From positions 195,753 through 259,752 of the forward strand of contig JBBILD010000001.1 in NCBI GenBank assembly GCA_037445065.1: a stretch of DNA of 64,000 nt, read 5' to 3'. A model generated the notes under the pieces. It searched no databases. It worked only from the letters and a program-made list of their open reading frames with translations, and had not been told where the DNA came from. The position numbers and the translations under genes are program-made. The DNA comes from Myxococcales bacterium. GTDB taxonomy: Bacteria > Desulfobacterota > Binatia > HRBIN30. How positions within the stretch are numbered: position 1 is the stretch's first letter; the number at the start of each line of letters is the position of its first letter. Below are positions 28,549-37,803 of the stretch, in pieces.

Positions 28549-29547
28549 TCAACTCAGAAAGTTCCAGCGGAACATGGTCCACATGTCCCGAGGGCTCTCG
28601 CCGAGCTTGCGCACGACCGAAGGTTCGAAACCGGAATGCATGAGGCAGTTTTGGCAGCGTGGGTCTTGCCGCTTTTCCCAGTAGTCCCAATCAACTCCCT
28701 GCCAGAATTCCTTCCACGTCGGGTAGTACTCTCCCGCGATCAGGTAGCACGGGCCCTTCCATCCTTTCGGCGTGCGCGTCGGGTTTCCCCACGGGGTGCA
28801 CGGATAGTCTCGTAAGCCGGCGGCGAACTGGAGGAACAGAGGCGTCGAGTACAGCCGATACTTCTGCGAGAGTTCCAAGACACGCCGGAACTTTTGGTGG
28901 ATTTCTTCTTTGTACAGGAAGTGGTCACCGCTCAGACTCTCATAGTGGTACCCGGGCGAGAGTAGGATGCCGTCCACCCCGATTTCCGTGAGAAGGGCGC
29001 ACATTTGCTCGATTTCGTCCATGTTTGTCTCGCGGTAGATGGTGGTATTCGTGCACACGCGATAGCCACGCTTCTTTCCCTCGCGAATCATGGCGATGGC
29101 CTTGTCGAACACACCCTTGCGGTTGACAACGAAGTCATGCGTGTCGCGGAGGCCGTCCAAATGCACGTTGATCGACAAGCGTTTGTGGGGTCGGCTGCGT
29201 TGGTAAAAGCGCTCGAGCAAGATGCCATTCGTGCACAAGTAAATGTGCCGTTTGCGTTCGATGATTCCTTGCACCAGTTCGGGCAGTTCGGGATAGATGG
29301 TCGGCTCGCCGCCGCAAATCGAGACCACAGGCGCGCCGCTTTCATCCACGGCACGTAGGCACTCTTCCAGGGGGAGTCGGTCCTTTAAGTCTCCGTTGTA
29401 CCGTTCCGGCGAGCAACCGATACAGGCAAGATTGCACGTGTGGAGAGGTTCGAGCATGAGTACGAAGGGGTAGCGCTTGTTCCCTCGCCACCAATTGCGA
29501 AGCTGCCATTTGATCATGTCCGTGGTGATGTGCAGGGGAAATCGCAT
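28549..29547 (-). CDS. hpnH: Adenosyl-hopene transferase, radical SAM enzyme
   Basis: KRYPFVLMLEPLHTCNLACIGC (CxxxCxxC), VVSICGGEP, CTPWGNPT, DPRCQNCLMHSGFE. Last gene of the shc operon. Confidence 0.93.
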   Translation of the reverse strand: MRFPLHITTDMIKWQLRNWWRGNKRYPFVLMLEPLHTCNLACIGCSPERYNGDLKDRLPLEECLRAVDESGAPVVSICGGEPTIYPELPELVQGIIERKRHIYLCTNGILLERFYQRSRPHKRLSINVHLDGLRDTHDFVVNRKGVFDKAIAMIREGKKRGYRVCTNTTIYRETNMDEIEQMCALLTEIGVDGILLSPGYHYESLSGDHFLYKEEIHQKFRRVLELSQKYRLYSTPLFLQFAAGLRDYPCTPWGNPTRTPKGWKGPCYLIAGEYYPTWKEFWQGVDWDYWEKRQDPRCQNCLMHSGFEPSVVRKLGESPRDMWTMFRWNFLS

Positions 29548-29560
29548 CGTATCGCCCTCC

Positions 29561-30334
29561 TCAAAAAGTTCGTTCTTTCCGCTGCCGCTTGGGTTCGCCT
29601 TGTACCAAGTCGTGCCAGGCCGCGAAAAGACGATCGAGTCCCTCTTCTGCCTGCCGTTTGAGGCCGTTGAGTTTTCGCAATTCTCCAACCGGATTGTCTC
29701 GCTTCCACAAATAGCGGAGCAGAGCCAGCGGTCGGGGGTTGCCGCTCGCCGGGTCAATCAAGCTTTCTTCCGGCAAATCGCAGGTCACAGGATCCAAGAT
29801 TGCGCGCACGCAAGCGAAGGGGATCCGCCGCCGTTCGGCAGAGGCTGCGATTGCCGCGCTCTCCATGTCTACTGCTAGCGCCCCGAAATTCCGAGCGGCG
29901 TGCTCCTTCTCTGCAGCGGAGAGCAGCGGTCGTGGAGTGCTGACCACGGCTCCCTCGTGCACGGCCAGCTGCGCGCGGTTGGCTGCTGCAAGCAAGCGCT
30001 CTCGTTCTGCACGCGCCACCATGCTGGCGGTGTTGCTGGAGGCGTCAATGACCCGGTCGGCTACGACGATTGCGCCGGGGCTTAACCCGGGTACCAGTCC
30101 GCCGGCGCAGCCGAAGGAAAGAGCCAGCGTCGCACCCCCATCGGCGAGCGCCCGCGCGGCGGCTGCCTCGGCGCGTACCAGACCGACTCCAGATTGGACC
30201 ACGCCCATACTCGTTCCCCCTGCCTCACCCACCCAAGCCTGGATTTTGCCTCCCAGGTGCCAACGGGTGAGGTGTCGCAACCGCCGGCGGAGCACAGCGC
30301 ACTCCCAGGGTAAGGCTGCCACGGCCACGATCAT
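29561..30334 (-). CDS. hpnG: Hopanoid-associated nucleosidase/phosphorylase (PNP/UDP family)
   Basis: SGVG, SFGCAGGLVPGLSPG, GALAVDMESAAIA, FACVRAILDP. Located between hpnE and hpnH. Confidence 0.8.
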   Translation of the reverse strand: MIVAVAALPWECAVLRRRLRHLTRWHLGGKIQAWVGEAGGTSMGVVQSGVGLVRAEAAAARALADGGATLALSFGCAGGLVPGLSPGAIVVADRVIDASSNTASMVARAERERLLAAANRAQLAVHEGAVVSTPRPLLSAAEKEHAARNFGALAVDMESAAIAASAERRRIPFACVRAILDPVTCDLPEESLIDPASGNPRPLALLRYLWKRDNPVGELRKLNGLKRQAEEGLDRLFAAWHDLVQGEPKRQRKERTF

Positions 30335-31692
30335 GAGTTCCCAGTGTAGCCATGGGAAAGCGCTTTCTGCACCGCCTGGGCGGCGATTTTTCCCGAAAGC
30401 ACGGCCCCTTCAATGGTTGCGGGAAGGCCAGTAGCGGTCCAATCGCCGGCCAAAAAGACGTTGGAAAATTGGGTGGCAGTCGGCGGGCGGTGGTGTTGGG
30501 AAGCCGGAGTGAGCGAGACCGTGGCTCGTTTTTCGCGGATGACCCGGGCAGCGAGGAACGGTGCGTGGCGCAATTCGGGCAGCAGGGATTCGATTTCTTG
30601 GCGGATGATGCGGACCAGCCGGGTGTCGTCCCAATGCACCTCCTCGCGTGCGGCGCTCAGCACCACGCTCAGGATCTCGCCTCCCGGTTCGTCGTCTTGC
30701 GGCGTAGCCTTGGTTAGTGAGCGCCGGTGAAAGAGCCATTGAGCGTGGGTGCCGATCAGGCCCACAAACGGCGGCATGTGGATTCGCCCGCCATAGGCGA
30801 GATGGACGGACACAATCGGGGCATGGGAAAAGAGTTCGGCCCACTCTCTTCGCCCGAGCAACCCGGCGGCCTGCTCAGGCGGGGCCGTGCAAACGACGGC
30901 TAAGGTGGGAAACTCTTTGCCATCTCGGGTGCGCACCGCCTTGGCGCGGCCGTTTTGGACTACGAGCTCGGACGCCACTGCCTGGGTGAGCACCCGGGTT
31001 CCGTGCTGCTGCAAGAACCGCAAAGCGGGCTGCACGTAAAGGTCGCTCAAACCTACCTGCGAGAATACGAACTGGGAATCTGTGCGCGAGGCAAAGAAGG
31101 CGCGGGCGAGAACTTCAGCGAACGGCTGCGCTGCTGCCTTCTCCGGCCGTTCGTTCATTGTGGCGATGACGATCGGGTCCCACAGGTATTTGCGGGCCCG
31201 CGAGGACTGGCAGGTCATGTCGAACAAGTCCGCCACGCTTCCGAAGCGGAGCCATGGCGCGCCAACGCGACGCCACTGCATCCAGCGCAAGCCAGCGAGC
31301 AGAGCGAGCAGTCTTTCTTTTTTCGTGAGAGCGGAGAAGTGCAGGAGCGCAGAAACCATGTGGAGGGGAGACGGCCAGGGGGGAGCGGCTAGCTTCCACC
31401 AGCGCCGCTCTCGGTCGAGCAGGTCCACTCTCAGGTTGGCTTGCCGGTGAAGCTTTCCGCAGGCGCCGATGCGCTGGAGGAACGCCAGGGTTTCCCGGTA
31501 GCAACCCATCATCGCGTGTTGCCCGTTATCCACCCACGTGCCCAGTACACGGTCGAAGCGCGAGCATGCCCGCCCTCCGAGCATTGCCTTCGCCTCGAGC
31601 AACAGCACGGGAGTCCTTGCTGCTGCGAGTTCGACGGCGGCGGAAAGACCAGCGAAGCCGCCACCGATCACAATCACTTGAGGTTGCTGCAT
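30331..31692 (-). CDS. hpnE: Hydroxysqualene dehydroxylase (FAD amine-oxidase family)
   Basis: VIGGGFAGLSAA, LGGRACS, DNGQHAMMGCY, REKRAT, LAGDWTATGLPATIEGAVLSG. Confidence 0.92.
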   Translation of the reverse strand: MQQPQVIVIGGGFAGLSAAVELAAARTPVLLLEAKAMLGGRACSRFDRVLGTWVDNGQHAMMGCYRETLAFLQRIGACGKLHRQANLRVDLLDRERRWWKLAAPPWPSPLHMVSALLHFSALTKKERLLALLAGLRWMQWRRVGAPWLRFGSVADLFDMTCQSSRARKYLWDPIVIATMNERPEKAAAQPFAEVLARAFFASRTDSQFVFSQVGLSDLYVQPALRFLQQHGTRVLTQAVASELVVQNGRAKAVRTRDGKEFPTLAVVCTAPPEQAAGLLGRREWAELFSHAPIVSVHLAYGGRIHMPPFVGLIGTHAQWLFHRRSLTKATPQDDEPGGEILSVVLSAAREEVHWDDTRLVRIIRQEIESLLPELRHAPFLAARVIREKRATVSLTPASQHHRPPTATQFSNVFLAGDWTATGLPATIEGAVLSGKIAAQAVQKALSHGYTGNS

Positions 31693-31714
31693 AGGAGGAC
31701 GGGGGGACTGGCCA

Positions 31715-33487
31715 TCAGGTTGCTCGAGCTGTTGCGAACTGCGCGCGACCCCAGGCGGTCAAGGCTAGCGTCATTTTTTCATAACGAGGCAGAGTGATCC
31801 GCTTCTGGAAGACGTCGAAGTTCTGCCGCTCGATGCGGTTGAGCAGCCGCTGGTAGATGGCGCGCATGGCCTCGGCCGCGGCCAGGCTGCGCCGGTCTTC
31901 ATCGGCGAGGGCGGCGCGAGCCCGCAGGTAGTGCGCGCGGGCGCGGCCACATTCGAAGGCGAGCAGGGCGGCGACTTGTGGTGAGTAGTGACCCAGTAAA
32001 AGTTCCTCTGGGCGGCAGCCGAACTGAACAAGGTCCGCGCGAGGCAAGTAGAGGCGCCCGCGCTCCGCGTCTTCCCGCACGTCGCGCAAGATATTGGTGA
32101 GTTGGAAGGCGATGCCCAGGTCCACTGCGTATTGGCGGGCACTCGGGTTTCGGTAGCCGAAGATTTCGATACACAGCAGCCCGACCGTGCTGGCAACGCG
32201 GTAGCAATAAGCTCGGAGTTCGTCCCAGGTCTGGTAGGAGGTAGTTGTTAGGTCCATCTCTACGCCAGCGATCAGCTCGAGAAAGTGCTCCTTTGCAAGC
32301 GCAAATCGCCGCACGGTATCCGCCAGCGCGCGACTGATCGGGTGGCAAGCCCGGTCGTCGAACACGCGCTCGAGTTCGGCGCGCCACTGGTGGAGCAAAG
32401 CTCGAGGTGAAGCGCCCGCTGGGGAACGGTCAGCCAAGTCGTCAACAAACCGGCAGAACGCGTACACCGAGCACAGCGCTCGTCGCTTCTCAGGGGGGAG
32501 CAGCAAGAACGCATAGTAAAAATTGCTCGAACTGCGGCGTGTCACTTGCTCGCAGTATTGGTAGTCGGCGGCCAGTGAGGAAGAGGGGCGACTGGGGTTG
32601 AGGTGTTGCGCGACAGCGGGGCGTGGCGCTCGGGGGAGCCCTGCACAAGCGAGGGCGAGGAGCCGCACACGGTCCCACCGCGATAAAACGGGCCGTTGTG
32701 TGAACACGTCGAAGCGCTGCCACTCGATTCGATCGAGGATGGCGAGGCCGCCCAGTGCAAAGAGGCGGACCTCGCGGGCCAGTTGAGGGCCAACCCGCTG
32801 GCTCAGTTCCAGTCCGCGGAGCAGAAATTCTCTCGCCCGTTGCACTTGAAACGCTAGCAACGCGCGCAGCGGTTCGTCCATTTCGCCGCGGAAAATCTGG
32901 GCTGGCTCGACGCCAAATCGCTGCAAGTCATCCAGTGGCAGGTAGAGGCGGCCTCGTCGGGCGTCGCTGGCGAGGTCTTGCCAGAAGTTGGTCAGTTGCA
33001 GCCCGGTGCAGATCTGGTCGGCGAGCGCGTGTCGTTCCTGGTCGCGGTACCCAAACAGGTATAGGACGAGGTGTCCGACAGGATCAGCCGAGCGAGAACA
33101 GTAAGCGCGGAGTTCTTCGAACGAGGAAAAGGGACGGAACTGCGCATCGTAGCGAAATGCTTCGAGCAAGGCGTCAAACGGCGCACGCGGAATGGAGAAA
33201 AGTTCAGCGGTGTGAGCCAGCGCGACAAACACAGGCGCCTGCGGGCGACCTTCGTACGCAGCTTCGAGGTGCTGTTGCCAGGCGTCGAGCAAGGCGAGGC
33301 GCTCGGCAGGGCTTCGGCGTTCTTCGTCGGCGTAGTCGTCGGCAATGCGGGCAAAGGCGTAAATGGCGGCTAAGTGTCTGCGCAGGGGACGCGGTAAGAG
33401 CAAAGAGCCGATAGGAAAGTTCTCGTAGTGGGTGCAGGCGATGCGCCAGCAAATGGCGTAGGCTTCCTCGAGCCGGTCGCGATTCAT
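31715..33487 (-). CDS. hpnC/hpnD: Fused HpnC-HpnD (hydroxysqualene synthase plus presqualene diphosphate synthase)
   Basis: N-half HYENFPIGSLLLP, ADDYADE, SADPVG, QLTNFWQD (HpnC-type). C-half SSSNFYYAF, FVDDLAD, YCYRVASTVG, QLTNILRDVRED (HpnD-type). One continuous 590-aa frame. Confidence 0.9.
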   Translation of the reverse strand: MNRDRLEEAYAICWRIACTHYENFPIGSLLLPRPLRRHLAAIYAFARIADDYADEERRSPAERLALLDAWQQHLEAAYEGRPQAPVFVALAHTAELFSIPRAPFDALLEAFRYDAQFRPFSSFEELRAYCSRSADPVGHLVLYLFGYRDQERHALADQICTGLQLTNFWQDLASDARRGRLYLPLDDLQRFGVEPAQIFRGEMDEPLRALLAFQVQRAREFLLRGLELSQRVGPQLAREVRLFALGGLAILDRIEWQRFDVFTQRPVLSRWDRVRLLALACAGLPRAPRPAVAQHLNPSRPSSSLAADYQYCEQVTRRSSSNFYYAFLLLPPEKRRALCSVYAFCRFVDDLADRSPAGASPRALLHQWRAELERVFDDRACHPISRALADTVRRFALAKEHFLELIAGVEMDLTTTSYQTWDELRAYCYRVASTVGLLCIEIFGYRNPSARQYAVDLGIAFQLTNILRDVREDAERGRLYLPRADLVQFGCRPEELLLGHYSPQVAALLAFECGRARAHYLRARAALADEDRRSLAAAEAMRAIYQRLLNRIERQNFDVFQKRITLPRYEKMTLALTAWGRAQFATARAT

Positions 33488-33490
33488 CTG

Positions 33491-35539
33491 TCAAACCTCG
33501 ACCGGCGCTACGGGCAACGAAGTGGCGGAGGGGCCGCGGAGGCGATGGGTGGCCCGCGAGGCCGGGCCCTTACTCGCGGCACGCTGCAAACGGTCGCGGA
33601 ATTGCCCCAAGGCCATCAGTGGGAAGTACGTGCGGTAGCCGTCGTACCGAAGGTAGAAATGGCGCGGGAAGCCTGTGCCGGTCCACAACGACTCGTCCCA
33701 GGTTCCGTCTGGCCGTTGCGTGCGCAGCAGGTACTCGATTCCTCGTTCCACCGCAGGGCTGATTTCTTCCTCGCCGGCCAAAAGGCCGAGAATGGCCCAA
33801 GCAGTTTGAGAGGGCGTGGAATCACCGCGGCCCGCCAGGGTTTCGTCCTCGTAGGAGGCGAGGGTTTCTCCCCAACCGCCATCACCATTCTGGCACCGTT
33901 TGAGCCATCCGACCGCGCGCCGAACATAGGGTGCGTTCAGGTCTGCACCAATGGCGCGGAGTCCGGAGAGCACCGACCAGGTGCCATAAATGAAATTCGC
34001 TCCCCAACGGCCCCACCAAGCACCGCTGGGCCGTTGCCGATCGAGCAAGAACGAAATCGCACGTCTGGCTCGGTGGCTGCGCAGGTCGAAGCCAAATTCG
34101 CCCATGAGTTCCAGCAAGCGTCCGGTCAGATCCTCGGTCGGCGGATCGATCATCGCCTCCAGATCGGCAAACGGGATTTGGTTGAGAAACTCGCGGTCAT
34201 TGTCCGTATCGAACGCCGCCCAACCACCGTTGCGGCTTTGCATACCCATGGCCCACTGAAACCCGTACGCGATTGCCCGCATTGTTCGGCGGTGATCGGC
34301 GGTTGCAATCCGCCTCAGTTGCATCAGGATGACGGCGGTGTCGTCCACGTCGGGGTACCAGTCGTTGGCGAACTCGAAGGCCCATCCACCTGGCTCCAGG
34401 TGCGGGTTGTAGACGCTCCAGTCTCCCGGCTTGAAGATCTGCTGACGAAGGAGCCAGTCGGCGGCCCGCTGCAGCGCTGGATGATCAGCCGCGATCCCTG
34501 AGTCGAGGAGGGCCTTGGCCGCAAGAGCTGTGTCCCACGTAGGGGAAACGCAGGGCTGCATCATCAGTGCGTCCCCGTCTGCGATCAAAAAGTCCTCGAT
34601 TGCTTGAATTCCTTTTTGGATTGCGGGGTGGTCATCTGGGTATCCCAAAGTTCGCAGTGCCATGACACAGTTCAGCATCGGGGGTTGGATGCCGCCCCAG
34701 CCTCCGTTGCGATCCTGGCGTTCGAGAATCCACCTCTCTGCCCGGCGTAGGGCGCGCTGCCGAAACGGGTTGAAAGGCGCGTAGACCTCGAGCATTTTCA
34801 GCGTCCGGTCGACGGCGAGGAAAAAGTTCCGCCACGAGAGCCAACTCTGGCTCCCAGTAAAGCGGACGGCTTCGGGAGTGGGCGGAGAAAGCCAGAGTTC
34901 TTCCACGGTCTCGTGCGTGGCAATCGGCACGTGCGGGCGCTTGGCAAACAGGACGGTGAGCGGGACGACCGTTTCCCGGGCCCAACTGGAGAGGGCGTAA
35001 ATGTTAATGGGGAACCAAGGAGGAAGGAGGATGAGTTCCACCGGCATGCTCGGCAGTCCGTACCAAGGGAACTGCCCGAAGTAGGCGAGAAAGCAGCGCG
35101 TGAACACGCCTGCCCTGGCAAGCCCTCCGTGAGCACGGATGAATTCACGGGCTCGCCGGAGTGGCTCCGAGTCGGCGGGAAAGCCAGCGAGCTTTAGTGC
35201 GAAGTACGCCTCGATGGTAAGGCTCACATGCCCAGCGGCGCCGGGAAACAAGGCCCACGACCCGTCGTCGCGTTGCGTGGCAAGCATGTGGTCGGTGATC
35301 CGGCCCTCCTGCTTGGCGGCTTCTCGCCCCATGAAGCGGTTGAAGAAAATGTACTCGGCGTCCATGGTGACGTTGGCTTCTAGGGGGAAGTGCCAGTATC
35401 CATCATGGTGCTGGATCGCGAGCAGCTTTTGCTGTGTGCGGCGGATGGCTTCGTCGAGCCGAGCCACGGGGCTTTGCTGAAGCGGTAAGCCGGACGGTGG
35501 CGAAACGAAATCGGAAGCCTTGTGAGCTAAATCGTTCAT
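33491..35539 (-). CDS. shc: Squalene-hopene cyclase
   Basis: Catalytic DVDDTAV (DxDD), QW repeats (QHHDGYW, QRDDGSW, QDRNGGW, QNGDGGW, QRPDGTW), GTGFPRHFYLRY. Confidence 0.97.
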   Translation of the reverse strand: MNDLAHKASDFVSPPSGLPLQQSPVARLDEAIRRTQQKLLAIQHHDGYWHFPLEANVTMDAEYIFFNRFMGREAAKQEGRITDHMLATQRDDGSWALFPGAAGHVSLTIEAYFALKLAGFPADSEPLRRAREFIRAHGGLARAGVFTRCFLAYFGQFPWYGLPSMPVELILLPPWFPINIYALSSWARETVVPLTVLFAKRPHVPIATHETVEELWLSPPTPEAVRFTGSQSWLSWRNFFLAVDRTLKMLEVYAPFNPFRQRALRRAERWILERQDRNGGWGGIQPPMLNCVMALRTLGYPDDHPAIQKGIQAIEDFLIADGDALMMQPCVSPTWDTALAAKALLDSGIAADHPALQRAADWLLRQQIFKPGDWSVYNPHLEPGGWAFEFANDWYPDVDDTAVILMQLRRIATADHRRTMRAIAYGFQWAMGMQSRNGGWAAFDTDNDREFLNQIPFADLEAMIDPPTEDLTGRLLELMGEFGFDLRSHRARRAISFLLDRQRPSGAWWGRWGANFIYGTWSVLSGLRAIGADLNAPYVRRAVGWLKRCQNGDGGWGETLASYEDETLAGRGDSTPSQTAWAILGLLAGEEEISPAVERGIEYLLRTQRPDGTWDESLWTGTGFPRHFYLRYDGYRTYFPLMALGQFRDRLQRAASKGPASRATHRLRGPSATSLPVAPVEV

Positions 35540-36480
35540 AAAAAGATCCCTCTCTCAGGAACAAAGGTTTTGACTGGGAATGCCTCCCAGCCGCGCGCGC
35601 GGAACCAGGTGGCGAACTCGGCCGGGTTTTCCGGAACCAAGCACACGACCGCCCCTCCGCCACCACCGCCGGTGAGTTTTGCGCCATGCGCTCCCCGCTC
35701 GGAGGCGAGCGCGACGATTTCATCGAGCTCGGGGGTGGAAATGTCCAATTCCCGCAGCAGGGCGTGGTTTTCAAGGAACAAGGCGCCGAGCGTTTGCCAG
35801 TCACCCCTGCTGAGGGCGCGCTCGGCCAAGCGCGCAAGTGCGCCGATCCTTGCGAAGCGGCTTTCCACAAAGCTCGGGCGCTCCTCCCGCAGCGCACGCA
35901 GTCTTTCGATCACAACGCGGGTTTGCCGCGCGCATCGGCCGACGACCACGAGGAGGGGGAGTGGTTGGGAAACGTCCAGCCGTGCAAAGCCGTTGTTGCG
36001 GCTGTAGCGGAGCACGCCTCCGTAAGTGACGGTGGTGTTGTCAATGCCAGAGGGTTGCCCGTGAAATAGGCGCTCCAGCTCGTAGGCCGCCCGGCAAATC
36101 TGGCCGTCTGTGTACGGGCGCTGCATGAGACGTGAGAGCGCGCGTAAGGTAGCCACACTCAGTGCGGCAGAACTCCCTAGCCCCACTCCTGGCGGCAGGT
36201 GGCTACGAAGCTGGACCTGCAGGCGATCTGCGGGCAGGCCGAGGCATAGCGCAGCTCGGGCGAGAATCTGTGCAAGGCTTGGCGTGTCGCTGGCCGACGG
36301 CTGGTGGGGTGGCGCGGATGCACCCTGAGTCCTTGCGGCCGCTGGTGGGGCACCTCGATACAGAGTGACCTCAATGAAGCGATCAATGGCTAAAGCAATG
36401 GCCGGGTAACCGTAGACCACGGCATGCTCGCCGAGCAGAATGACCTTGCCGGGGGCACGGCCCTGTCCGATTGCCAGCAT
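35536..36480 (-). CDS. mvk: Mevalonate kinase (GHMP)
   Basis: APGKVILLGEHAVVYG, PPGVGLGSSAA, HGQPSGIDN, AKLTGGGGGG. Confidence 0.93.
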   Translation of the reverse strand: MLAIGQGRAPGKVILLGEHAVVYGYPAIALAIDRFIEVTLYRGAPPAAARTQGASAPPHQPSASDTPSLAQILARAALCLGLPADRLQVQLRSHLPPGVGLGSSAALSVATLRALSRLMQRPYTDGQICRAAYELERLFHGQPSGIDNTTVTYGGVLRYSRNNGFARLDVSQPLPLLVVVGRCARQTRVVIERLRALREERPSFVESRFARIGALARLAERALSRGDWQTLGALFLENHALLRELDISTPELDEIVALASERGAHGAKLTGGGGGGAVVCLVPENPAEFATWFRARGWEAFPVKTFVPERGIFL

Positions 36481-36491
36481 CGGCTCTGTTT

Positions 36492-37787
36492 TCAGGCAGC
36501 TTGTTTGCGAGAAGCGACGATCTCGCGTGCCTTCCCAAGCTTGATCTCGCCGCTGGCGATGAGTTCCTCCACGACTTGATCGACGATTTCTTCTGTGGCG
36601 CCGGCAGCGATGGCCAGGCCGCGTGCGTGCAGAGCCATATGGCCCCGCTGGATGCCGTCGGTGGCTAGGGCTCGCACAGCAGCGAAGTTCTGGGCCAAAC
36701 CGACAGCGGCCATGACCGCGGCAAGGTCGCGCGCACTTTGGGCGCGGAGGAGACGCAAACCAAAGTTCGCTCTGGGATTGCATTCGAGGTTGCCGCCCAC
36801 GATCCCAACTGCCAGCGGCAGTTCGATCGATCCCAGCAGAGCTCCGTTTTCCACCCGCCACTCACTCAGTGGACGGTACTGTCCGCTGCGCGCTGCGTAG
36901 GCGTGCGCCCCCGCCTCGATGCCGCGCCAATCTTGCCCGGTTGCCAAGGCCACGGCATCAATGCCGTTCATGATCCCCTTGTTATGAGTTGCGGCTCGGT
37001 AGGGGTCTGCATAAGCGAAAGCCCACGCCTCCTCGATCCGCGCGGCAACCTCCTCACCGGAAAATCTCTCGGTTTTGAGTACTGCGAACGGGATGCGCGC
37101 CGTGGCGCGCGCGAGCCGTTGGTCGGCGAGGTTGGAAAGAATTCGCAAGCGGACTTCTCCACCTGCAATTTCACCAACGAGGGGCGCGACCGCCTCCGCC
37201 ATGCTGTTGATTGCATTTGCGCCCATGGCGTCGCCCACATCCACAATCAGGTGGACGACTAGCATGGGGCCGCAGGGGGTCTCCGGGAGGGCGCGGACCT
37301 CGAGTTTCCGGGCTCCGCCTCCTCTTTTGAGCATGTTGGGATGCACGGCATTGGCGGCAGCCAAGATGCGACCCATTGACGCTTGGAGCCGCTGCGCAGC
37401 GCCCTCCAGATCGGGCACCTTCACCAACTGGATTTGACCGATCATGAGCGATGGCTCCGCCTCGGCGAAAAAGCCCCCGGCCTCGCGCACCAGCCGAGCC
37501 GCAAAGCTGGCGGCGGCGACTACCGAAGGTTCCTCCACTGCCATGGGCACGAGGCGCTCGCGCCCGTTGATTAGAAAATTCAGTCCAACACCGAGCGGTA
37601 AGCCGAGGACGCCGATCGCGTTTTCGATCATGTGATCGGCAGCCTCGAAAGCCAGGGGCGTAGGGTTGAGAAGCTCGGCGACTTCGTTGTCCTCGAGGCC
37701 AGCACAGCGTGCAAGCGTGCTCAGTCGCTCTTTGCGTGGCAGTTTGTAAAATCCTTCGATGCGCGAACTCAGTGAGGCTTTGTTCAT
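36492..37787 (-). CDS. mvaA: Class II HMG-CoA reductase
   Basis: SRIEGFYKL, MIENAIG, PMAVEEPSVVAAAS, DAMGANAIN, THNKGIMNGID, GIQRGHMALH. GGAGG RBS upstream. Confidence 0.95.
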   Translation of the reverse strand: MNKASLSSRIEGFYKLPRKERLSTLARCAGLEDNEVAELLNPTPLAFEAADHMIENAIGVLGLPLGVGLNFLINGRERLVPMAVEEPSVVAAASFAARLVREAGGFFAEAEPSLMIGQIQLVKVPDLEGAAQRLQASMGRILAAANAVHPNMLKRGGGARKLEVRALPETPCGPMLVVHLIVDVGDAMGANAINSMAEAVAPLVGEIAGGEVRLRILSNLADQRLARATARIPFAVLKTERFSGEEVAARIEEAWAFAYADPYRAATHNKGIMNGIDAVALATGQDWRGIEAGAHAYAARSGQYRPLSEWRVENGALLGSIELPLAVGIVGGNLECNPRANFGLRLLRAQSARDLAAVMAAVGLAQNFAAVRALATDGIQRGHMALHARGLAIAAGATEEIVDQVVEELIASGEIKLGKAREIVASRKQAA

Positions 37788-37803
37788 TGCTCGTACCTCC
37801 TTT

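Noticed and set aside
33428..34501. Long antisense ORFs such as 33428-34501 (+), 7228-8178 (+) and 3109-3873 (-)
   Set aside because: These are shadow frames opposite well-supported genes, expected at high GC content, and have no recognisable motifs.
35536..36861. Long N-terminal extensions in the ORF track (mvk, hscA, HMGR, hpnH, MacA-like adaptor, rfbB) as fused domains
   Set aside because: The extensions mostly overlap upstream genes and look non-protein-like; downstream starts with an RBS or stop-start overlap fit the family N-termini.
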